Notes under the pieces: model-generated
What the model saw: only the letters and a program-made list of their open reading frames with translations
Told to the model about the DNA's origin: nothing
Database searches by the model: none
Assembly: GCF_006345805.1 (NCBI RefSeq)
Contig: NW_021828561.1
Coordinates: 1-7,763, forward strand
Length of the DNA: 7,763 bases
Source of the DNA: Octopus sinensis
Lineage: Eukaryota
Direction: 5' to 3'
Made by a program: the position numbers and the translations under genes
Shown: positions 1 through 7,500 of the stretch, piece by piece
Position numbering within the stretch: the stretch's first letter is position 1
Layout of the letters: every line of letters begins with the position of its first letter

Positions 1-30
1 CCCTCTATGTTTAGCCCTTGTGGGCAATAA
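1..30 (+). mobile_element. 3' tail of a family-1 SINE copy, cut by the window edge
   Basis: ccctctatgtttagccc-ttgtgggcaataaa matches the 3' end of the full copy (232-263, ccctctgtgtttagccccttgtgggtagtaaa). Confidence 0.75.
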
Positions 31-38
31 ATTTAAAA

Positions 39-270
39 GGCGGTGAGCTGGCAGAATCGTTAGCACGCCGGGCGAAATGCGTAGCCGTATTTTGTCTGCC
101 GTTACGTTCTGAGTTCAAATTCCACCGAGGTCGACTTTGTCTTTCATCGTTTGAGGGTCGATAAATTAAGTACCAGTTACGCGCTAGGGTCGATGTAATC
201 GACTTAATCCCTTTGACTGTCCTTGTTTGTCCCCTCTGTGTTTAGCCCCTTGTGGGTAGTAAAGAAATCG
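39..270 (+). mobile_element. tRNA-derived SINE, family 1, full length (~230 bp)
   Basis: Pol III A-box-like TGGCAGAATCG (49-59) and B-box GAGTTCAAATTCC (111-123). It aligns without gaps to the reverse complement of 1053-1282 (37 mismatches over 230 bp, ~84%, hand count). It resembles an abundant Octopus SINE from memory. Confidence 0.9.
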
Positions 271-282
271 GTATTAGGAAAT

Positions 283-325
283 GTGGTGGTTGTGGTGGTA
301 GTGACAGCGGCGGTGGTGGTGGTGT
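283..325 (+). repeat. degenerate (GGT)n microsatellite
   Basis: gtggtggttgtggtggtagtgacagcggcggtggtggtggtg. Confidence 0.7.
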
Positions 326-407
326 TGACGGTATCACTATTTCATTTACGCACAGCAGATTAGACTTTTGGAAGAAAATTCCTAATATCGGGCCACAACA
401 AGTAAAG

Positions 408-681
408 TTACATGCCAAGAACCTTCCTAAGTATCCTAGCTGTTCCTAATAATACCATTTTCTGGAGCTGCACTAAATTAGGTTTTTTATTCCTGTTTCC
501 TTTCTATATCTGTTCAAATATTTAGAAAGAGTTCTCAATGCACCTACAACTACAGGGTTACATTTTAACCGCACTTTCCATAGTATCTGTAACTCAAATG
601 GCTAGATTCTGGTACTTTGTTGTTTTGTTCATTCCCTCCCATATTGACCTCGTCACCATTTGGGGCTGTAGAGTCAACTAA
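408..681 (-). mobile_element. Degenerate 3' ORF end (restriction-like endonuclease domain) of an R4/Dong-type non-LTR retrotransposon
   Basis: Manual minus-strand translation across frameshifts: LVDSTAPNGDEVNM..-fs-TKYQNLAI-fs-ELQILWKVRLKCNPVVVGALRTLSKYLNRYRKETGIK-fs-KPNLVQLQKMVLLGTARILRKVLGM*, with stop TAA at 410-408. It carries KYxxL, W...PxVVGAL and LQKxVLLGTARILRKVL, motifs typical of R4/Dong/Rex6-type REL C-termini. Confidence 0.8.
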
Positions 682-865
682 CTGGCTTCGCTTAGGCATA
701 GCGATGCAAACAACCAAGGGTCAGAACTCAAGATACAATATGCTTAGAAAAGAAAGCGTCATTCGACTACAGATCTCGAATTATCGTAATAGTAATCCTT
801 CCTATAACAGCTGCGCCTCGTATTTGGGATGGATGCGTGAATGTAATTTGAGTCCAGGCATGACC

Positions 866-866
<1 letters not shown>

Positions 867-920
<54 letters not shown>

Positions 921-1050
921 TTATAATAGTAGTAGTAGTAGTAATAGTTGTAGTAGTAGTAATAATAATACTAATAGTAATAGTAGTAGCAATAATAATA
1001 GTAGTAGTAGTAGTAGTAGTAATAATAATAGTAGTAGTAGTAGTAATAAT
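867..1050 (+). repeat. compound (AAT)n/(AGT)n microsatellite
   Basis: A pure (TAA)n run followed by alternating blocks of aat and agt units; it abuts the 3' end of the minus-strand SINE. Confidence 0.95.
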
Positions 1051-1052
1051 TT

Positions 1053-1282
1053 ATTTCTTTATTACCCACAAGGGGCTAAACATAGAGGGGACAAGCAAAG
1101 ACAAACAAAGGGATTAAACTGATTACATCGACCCCAGTGCATAACTAGTACTTATTTAATCGACCCCGAAACGATGAAAGGCGAAGTCGACCTCGGCAGA
1201 ATTTGAACACAGGACGTAAAGACAGACAAAATACCGTTCAGCATTTCGCCCGATATGCTAATGTTTCAACCAGCTCGCCGCC
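1053..1282 (-). mobile_element. tRNA-derived SINE, family 1, full length, reverse orientation
   Basis: The reverse complement reads ggcggcgagctggttgaaacattagc...gtgttcaaattc...ccccttgtgggtaataaagaaat; ungapped ~84% match to 39-268. Confidence 0.9.
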
Positions 1283-1287
1283 TGTTC

Positions 1288-1394
<107 letters not shown>

Positions 1395-1395
<1 letters not shown>

Positions 1396-1509
1396 AAAAT
1401 ACTTGTAGACTAATAGATGTATGTGTTCCTACTGATAAGAATATATCTGTAAAGGATTTTGACAAATTAAGTAAAATATAAGGACCTGGAAATTGAAATA
1501 CAAAAGATG
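1395..1509 (+). mobile_element. Fragment of the R4/Dong-type REL endonuclease domain (second copy, different family from 408-681)
   Basis: Translation ENTCRLIDVCVPTDKNISVKDFDKLSK-(+1 A in the run 1473-1476)-YKDLEIEIQKM, matching the LID..P.D.N...K...K..KYKDLEIEI.KM(W) signature. It is truncated where the expected Trp codon becomes TGA (1510-1512). Confidence 0.85.
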
Positions 1510-1916
1510 TGACCTTAACCAGTTGAGCATGTCCCTTAGTGGCTGACGATATGTGCATCTCTGATTACGAGCAGAAGTAGTGGGGGAGCATCAGAGCCAA
1601 GTGTTGAGGGGAATCCTTTGGGGTTTGGATAATTCATCTTTGGAAACATGGGCGTTCCGTTCAACATCCTTAAACAACCCTTATTCAGGGACCTTTTGAG
1701 AGGGATGTGCTACTCGACCTGAAGAAGATTTTAATTGGGGCCCCACCTGCAAGGTCATGCGCTGTTTATCTTGATATCAGATCACCATGTGCGCAAATAT
1801 GGTTGTGATGCATGTGCTTGGTGTACCCTTATCAGACAGGTAGTGATGACGGGAATACTGGGTTTCATATATTTAACCCAAGTGTCACTTTGATGGCATG
1901 CACTGCTTTCTCACTC
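1510..1916 (+). mobile_element. Probable interspersed repeat (LINE 3' UTR or non-autonomous element) ending in a (AAT)n tail
   Basis: A non-coding segment, less AT-rich than its flanks, ending ...tttctcactc and running directly into (AAT)n at 1917. It resembles a high-copy Octopus repeat from memory; there is no second copy in the window. Confidence 0.45.
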
Positions 1917-1950
1917 AATAATAATAATAATAATGATGATGATGATGATG

Positions 1951-1999
<49 letters not shown>

Positions 2000-2050
2000 A
2001 AATAATAAAAAAATAATAATATAATATAAACAACAATAATAATAATGATG

Positions 2051-2085
<35 letters not shown>

Positions 2086-2103
2086 TATAAAAATAATAAA
2101 ATG

Positions 2104-2153
<50 letters not shown>

Positions 2154-2159
2154 TATAAT

Positions 2160-2194
<35 letters not shown>

Positions 2195-2280
2195 TGATAA
2201 TAATAAAATAATGATGATAATAATAATAATAATAATAATAACAATAATAATTAATATAATAATAATAATAATAAATAATT
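1917..2280 (+). repeat. long imperfect (AAT)n array with (GAT)/(AAC) variants
   Basis: About 360 bp of aat units interspersed with gat, aac and aaa units. Confidence 0.95.
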
Positions 2281-2351
2281 AAAAACAATAACACCTGAGC
2301 TAGCTGAACTGGAAATACCTGTGGCTAAGTGATGAATGAAGCTAAACCACA

Positions 2352-2362
2352 ATGTACACACA

Positions 2363-2394
<32 letters not shown>

Positions 2395-2662
2395 CACACA
2401 CACGCACACACACACACACACACACACAAAACAAACACATACACAGACACACGCATGCACACACACACACACAAACACCCATACACACACACACAAACAG
2501 AGAGACTTCTATATATATATATATATATATACACAAACACTGACACTTAAACACGTGCACAGAAACACACACAAAGACTTAGACTGTCAAATACACACAC
2601 ACGCGCGCGCATGCACACATATACACCCACCCACACAACAAACATACATACTCATACACACA
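2352..2662 (+). repeat. compound (CACG)n/(CA)n/(TA)n microsatellite
   Basis: cacgcacgcacg..., long (CA)n runs, (TA)n near 2511-2530, and cacacgcgcgcgcatgc near 2597-2614. Confidence 0.9.
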
Positions 2663-2720
2663 CTGTCACAGACGGTCGATGGTGGAACCTGTTTGAATGT
2701 CAAGATGACATCTTTGTCAC

Positions 2721-2780
2721 TCTTCCTTTCTCTCTCTCACTCTCTCCGCCTTTCTCTCACTCCTTTTTCTCCTACTCTCT
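2721..2780 (+). repeat. CT-rich low-complexity tract
   Basis: tcttcctttctctctctcactctctccgcctttctctcactcctttttctcctactctct. Confidence 0.7.
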
Positions 2781-3000
2781 ACGTCAACCCTTCATCACTA
2801 TATATTCCACCTCTTCACACACCACGCTGTTTCATTATATTTGAAATCAAACCATATAATGAGATGTGGAGATGAATGGTGTTGAGACAAATTGTCCACT
2901 GCACCGTACAATCCTGTCCACTTATACGAAATATGCACATGTCAGTTAAATGAACTGTTAAGTTGGTGGATAACAGATAAAGATCTGTGTATTTGAAAAC

Positions 3001-3031
3001 ATACATACATAACTACATACATACATACATA

Positions 3032-3077
<46 letters not shown>

Positions 3078-3214
3078 TATACAATATAATATATACATAT
3101 ACATATACATCTTATATATATATATCTATATATATATGTATATATATTTGTCTTTATTTGCACACCCACGCAACACGCACATATATATACATATATACAT
3201 TATATATAATATGT

Positions 3215-3285
<71 letters not shown>

Positions 3286-3381
3286 ATATATATATACCAC
3301 ACCATATATAAATACACACACACATATACAGGCATATATTTATAAGAAAAATACGCACATTCGCATACGTATATGTATATA
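3001..3381. repeat. (TA)n/(TACA)n compound microsatellite
   Basis: About 380 bp dominated by TA alternation, with TACA and TATG variants. Confidence 0.95.
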
Positions 3382-3416
3382 TTAATGTTTATTAAAGCGA
3401 AAGGGTTTATACGCAT

Positions 3417-3840
3417 AGGCGCAGTCATGACTGTGTGGTAAGAAATTCGCTTCCCAACCACACAGGTCCGGGCTCAGTTCCACTTCATGGCACCATGGGA
3501 AAGAGTCTTCTACAAATCTACTCGTAAGGTTGTGGTCAGTTCGAGTGTTGACCAAAAAACTTGAGTGAATTTGATAGATGGAAACTGAAAGAAGTCTGTC
3601 GTATACAATGTGTGTATGTGTGTGCGTTTGTGTGTGTGTGTTTGTGTGTATGTTCCTATTTGTGTTTGTCGCCCTCCACCTTTTGGAAACTGGTGTTGGT
3701 GCGTTTATGTCCTCATAATTTAACGAGGCTTAAAAAAAGAAAAATCTACTGGTGTTGTTTCGGTCAACTAAAAACTCTTGAAAGCGGTGCTCCAGCATGG
3801 CCGCAGTCGAATGACTGATACAAATAGAAGATAAAAGATA
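3417..3840 (+). mobile_element. tRNA-derived SINE, family 2 (CORE-like, OR-type octopus SINE-like), with internal (TG)n
   Basis: A-box-like TGACTGTGTGG (3428-3438) and B-box-like GGGCTCAGTTCC (3470-3481). The segment tggcaccatgggaaagagtcttc resembles the CORE consensus GTGACCTTGGGCAAGTC. It is colinear with the reverse complement of 5176-5580, including 22 identical nt (ccagcatggccgcagtcgaatg; 3792-3813 vs 5219-5198). Confidence 0.85.
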
Positions 3841-3977
3841 TATATATATATAATATATATATATAATATATATATATTATATATATATATTATATATATA
3901 TATATATATATATCTACATAAATACATATATATATACATACATACATACATACACGCACACACACATATGTATATAT
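3838..3977. repeat. (TA)n/(TACA)n microsatellite
   Basis: TA-alternating tract directly after the SINE tail. Confidence 0.9.
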
Positions 3978-3983
3978 GCTGCC

Positions 3984-4031
3984 TTATTTTGTTACATGTT
4001 TCAGCTTTAAGTCTGTGGCCATGTTGGGGCA
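3984..4031 (-). mobile_element. 48-bp 3'-terminal fragment of a family-2 SINE
   Basis: The reverse complement tgccccaacatggccacagacttaaagctgaaacatgtaacaaaataa aligns to 3788-3834 (17 of the first 21 nt identical). Confidence 0.7.
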
Positions 4032-4602
4032 TATATATATATATATAACCCCGTTGTATGTAACAGGTGCAGTATTAGATTAAAATAGCCCTCTGTGTAT
4101 CATACCTTATGTAAATATATTGTGTAAAGCACACACAGTATGTATACACACAATACATAAACAACATATATAAAAATACATGCACAGAGCTATAGAATTT
4201 GGCATCAACTTATTTAAGCATAAGTATATGTTGATGATTAAATGATAATTATGACTATTTCGTTTTATTTAATTACAAATGAAATCATTAAAGAATAAAA
4301 TAGATTTCTTTTTATTACTAAATGATTCATGTTTAAACACAAAATATTAATTATTAAAAACGTAATTATTTACAGCACTAATGAGACGAAAATGAATGTC
4401 TGCTTAATTAATATTTCAAACAATATTTTTGAGCAAATATTCTAATTGTTATAAATACAAGCTTGTTACCACTTCGAATAGGCTTGAGGTATATTCGAAC
4501 CTGCATGAAAGGCATTCACTGTATTTTGTCACGGATAAAATTTCTCGCTATTGACAAATACGTATAAATACACAGAGTCAGCTTACAGCGCTGCCTAACC
4601 AA

Positions 4603-4654
4603 ACTTTAGAATGCATTCATTTCGGAATGGATATATCTCCTTTTCAGCCATGGA
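4603..4654 (-). ncRNA. Degenerate type I hammerhead ribozyme, copy 1 (G8A, predicted inactive)
   Basis: Minus strand: UCCAUGG-CUGAAAA(4647-4641)-GGAG.AUAUAUCCA.UUCC-GAAA(4623-4620)-UG.AAUG.CA-UU(4611-4610)-CUAAAGU. Stem II is GGAG/UUCC, stem III is AUG/CAU, and proximal stem I is UGG/CUA. Confidence 0.65.
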
Positions 4655-4945
4655 GAGTGGAAAGGGAGATGCTGTGAACTGACATGAGAGACAGGTCCGT
4701 CTTATGATATTCTCATCATCGTTCAGTGATTGGTTGCGCTATTCAGCAGCTTGCTGTCAATGAGATACCCTGTGACAGTGCTAAGCCAGTGATGTGTATA
4801 AAACACAAACTTGTTACTAATTCAAATCTGCTTGAGGCAATATTCAAAACCATAGGGAAGCTATTCGCTGTGTATTTTTGTCTTGGCGAGAAATTCTACT
4901 GTTGGCAAATTGGTGTAAATATACCAAGTCAGCTCACAGTGTCAC

Positions 4946-5009
4946 CTAACCAGACCGTGGGATGCATACATTTTGGAGTGATTATATCCTCTTCAGCAGC
5001 GGTGATCAG
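4946..5009 (-). ncRNA. Degenerate type I hammerhead ribozyme, copy 2 (G12A, predicted inactive)
   Basis: Minus strand: CUGAUC-ACCGCUG-CUGAAGA(4996-4990)-GGA.UAUAAUCAC.UCC-AAAA(4974-4971)-UG.UAUG.CA-UC(4962-4961)-CCACGGU-CU-GGUUAG. It has an intact CUGANGA, an AUC cleavage triplet, stem I ACCG/CGGU, and a distal CUGAUC/GGUUAG helix. Confidence 0.7.
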
Positions 5010-5175
5010 AAAGGTAGACATTGCGAACTGACACGAGAGACAGGTTCCTCCTATGATATTCTAATCATTGTTCAATGATTGGTTGAACTATTCAGCGGCT
5101 CACCGTAATTAAAATACAGGGTGTATTCAAAGTTAAACCAGTGGACAGGGGCTTCAACAAAGGACAATCTACAAT

Positions 5176-5580
5176 ATTCTTTTATATTCTTTATAGACAT
5201 TCGACTGCGGCCATGCTGGGGCACCGCCTTGAAGAATTGTAGTCGAACAAATCGACACTAGTACTTGTTTTTTTTTAAAGTCAGGTATTTAATCTATCGG
5301 TTTCTTTTGCCGAACTGATAAGTTACGGGAACATAAACACACGAATACCGGTTATCAAGCAGTGGTGGGGGACAAACGAACACACACACATACACACACA
5401 CACACACACACATATATGACAAGCTTCTTTCAGTTTCTGTCTACCAAGTTCGTTCACAAAGCTTTGGTCAGTCTGAGGTTATAGTAAAAGACGTTTGTCC
5501 AAGGTACCAAGCAGTAGAACTGAACCAAGAATCATGTGGCTAGGAAGCAAGCTTCTTGCCACACAACCACCCCTGCACCT
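5176..5580 (-). mobile_element. tRNA-derived SINE, family 2 (CORE-like), full length, reverse orientation, internal (TG)n
   Basis: The reverse complement begins aggtgcaggggtggttgtgtggcaag...tggttcagttct...ggtaccttggacaaacgtctt and ends ...ccagcatggccgcagtcgaatgtctataaagaatataaaagaata. It is colinear with 3417-3840. Confidence 0.85.
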
Positions 5581-5948
5581 GACTGAATGAATTGTATGAC
5601 CATATAACGGAAAAAAGAAATTCTACATAAGTTGATCATAAATGCCTCGTAGGTCTGGTTCCATTTAAAGCCAAATGATTTTAATCTTCTCAATCTTTAA
5701 TCAACACGTTCTGCTTTGATAAAATAACATGTGCATGAAATCTCCTTCAATTAAGTGGTGCTCCGTTTTGTGGCGATATTGATACTGTCAATAATTGCAT
5801 TAGGCTAATTTATACAACTGTTTACAGAGGAAAATGAAACATTACCTCCTGATGAATCGTGGTTAAATTATCAGAAATAATTAACGGTTAATTAGTACAC
5901 TCTTGCCTTTAAACCAAATAACGACACTGCGTACGTTCATACACACAT

Positions 5949-6179
5949 GTTTTTGTTTGTTCCTTCACGAGCCATGCCTGGCTCATAAGGGCCGGTTTCT
6001 CGATTTCTTGGCGTATACGTTCCCCACCTGGACGAGACGCCGGTTCGTCACAGGTGAGCTGCAAGATGAAGGAGGAAAGAGTGAGAGAAATTTGTGGCGA
6101 AAGAGTCAGCAGAAGTTCGCCATTACCTTCTGCCGGAGCCGCGTGGAGCTTAGGTGTTTCGCCCATAAACACACACATC
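5949..6179 (-). mobile_element. GC-rich SINE-like element (family 3), 5'-truncated, lacking a tRNA head
   Basis: A GC/CpG-rich island in AT-rich DNA. The minus strand ends in the stem-loop GAGCCA-GGCA-UGGCUC (5984-5969) plus an acaa-type tail, and has an internal 9-bp hairpin (6135-6127 with 6115-6107). The segment cctgtgacgaaccggcgtctcgtccagg resembles a motif I recall from V-SINE-type fish SINEs (unverified). Confidence 0.65.
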
Positions 6180-6212
6180 TTTCAGTGTAATTTCTATATT
6201 CGTCGCTTTTGT

Positions 6213-6660
<448 letters not shown>

Positions 6661-6806
6661 GTATTGATCTTTCTTTCTGCTCTTGTTTCCTCTCTTTTTC
6701 CTTTTCTAAACGCTGTCTTTGAAAATTCTATGAAATTTTATGTGATAATGGAAATTTTTAGAATCCTTATATGAATTTGTTTGTCGAATTACATGTAAAG
6801 AAGTTG

Positions 6807-6810
6807 AATA

Positions 6811-6861
<51 letters not shown>

Positions 6862-7178
6862 TATAGCAACAACAACTAAAAGAACAATTAAGATGGTGGT
6901 TCTAGCTACAATGTCGGGCATAATGATATTTATGATGATTATGATAATTATGATGATGATGATGATAGTGATGATGATGGTGATGATGAAGATGATGGTG
7001 ATGATGCTGACGGTAATGACAACAATGTTGGTGACGACGGCGATACAGGAAAAAAGAACTGCAGGAACAACAACAACAACAACAACAACAATAATAATGA
7101 TTATAATAATACCAACATCAACAACAACATCAACAACAAAAACAACAACAACAAACAACAGCATATAATAATAATAAT
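6807..7178 (+). repeat. compound, degenerate trinucleotide region (AAT)n/(GAT)n/(AAC)n
   Basis: (AAT)n at ~6807-6862, GAT-rich ~6924-7015, AAC-rich ~7068-7160, and aat to ~7178. Confidence 0.9.
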
Positions 7179-7385
7179 CATAGAGTGAAGGCTAGTGTTA
7201 AATCTGTTGATAATGAAAGCAGACAGATCAAGCAAAAGTACATGTAAATAAAAGGAAAAAAAATCAGAAAAGAAAATGAAAAAACGCACTGAATCGAGGT
7301 GGAGGTGGGCATATATAGAAGTCCTATTATGGAGAATGGAAAGCTAGAAAATTGCAGCATGACGGAATAAAGTACAATGAATAAG

Positions 7386-7392
7386 GATGATA

Positions 7393-7443
<51 letters not shown>

Positions 7444-7500
7444 TCGATGACAATAATGATAACAACAATGATAATAATAATGAAATTATAATGATAATGA
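7386..7500 (+). repeat. (GAT)n followed by degenerate AAT/AAC units
   Basis: A long perfect gat run at ~7394-7442, then gac/aac/aat variants. Confidence 0.9.

Larger units (their letters stand above)
4447..5143. repeat. Diverged head-to-tail tandem duplication, units ~4447-4792 and ~4793-5143 (~350 bp); retrozyme-like
   Basis: Colinear similarity along the whole unit (cttgttac, cttgagg, tgtatttt, agtcagct, cctaacca, atgcat, ccagtg). An ungapped 76-bp core (4676-4751 vs 5025-5100) has 10 mismatches (87%). Confidence 0.9.

Noticed and set aside
39-125. tRNA gene
   Set aside because: A and B boxes are present, but there is no convincing cloverleaf and the sequence continues into a SINE body repeated in the window.
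690-800. Faint LEKKASF...RII.IV similarity to the LQK..LLGTARILRKVL motif on the plus strand
   Set aside because: It needs several frameshifts and substitutions, so it cannot be distinguished from chance.
1543-1725. CTGACGA (1543-1549) and CTGAAGA (1719-1725) hammerhead half-motifs
   Set aside because: No correctly placed GAAA and no supporting stems.
2294-2317. Possible 24-nt minus-strand microexon (cag|GTATTTCCAGTTCAGCTAGCTCAG|gtgtta)
   Set aside because: Weak donor and no polypyrimidine tract; it is not supportable without RNA data.
4676-4751. Apparent third-position bias of mismatches in the 76-bp core (6 of 10 in one phase)
   Set aside because: That frame contains TGA in both copies, another frame gives a similar number of synonymous changes, and n=10 is too small.
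4726-5031. 101-aa ORF inside the tandem duplication
   Set aside because: The homologous frame in the other unit has stops and frameshifts, and there is no recognisable domain. The hammerhead fold explains the region better.
5114-5132. TACAGGGTGTATTCAAAG resembling a Tc1/mariner terminal inverted repeat
   Set aside because: No partner inverted end was found in the window, and the position is internal to the tandem unit.
4447-5143. CRISPR array or LTR pair
   Set aside because: The context is eukaryotic and there is no short repeat-spacer periodicity. The units are directly adjacent, with no clear TG...CA ends, primer-binding site or internal region.
5903-6190. Overlapping 95-aa and 89-aa ORFs in the GC-rich island
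   Set aside because: Open frames on both strands are expected from GC content, and the segment behaves as a SINE body.
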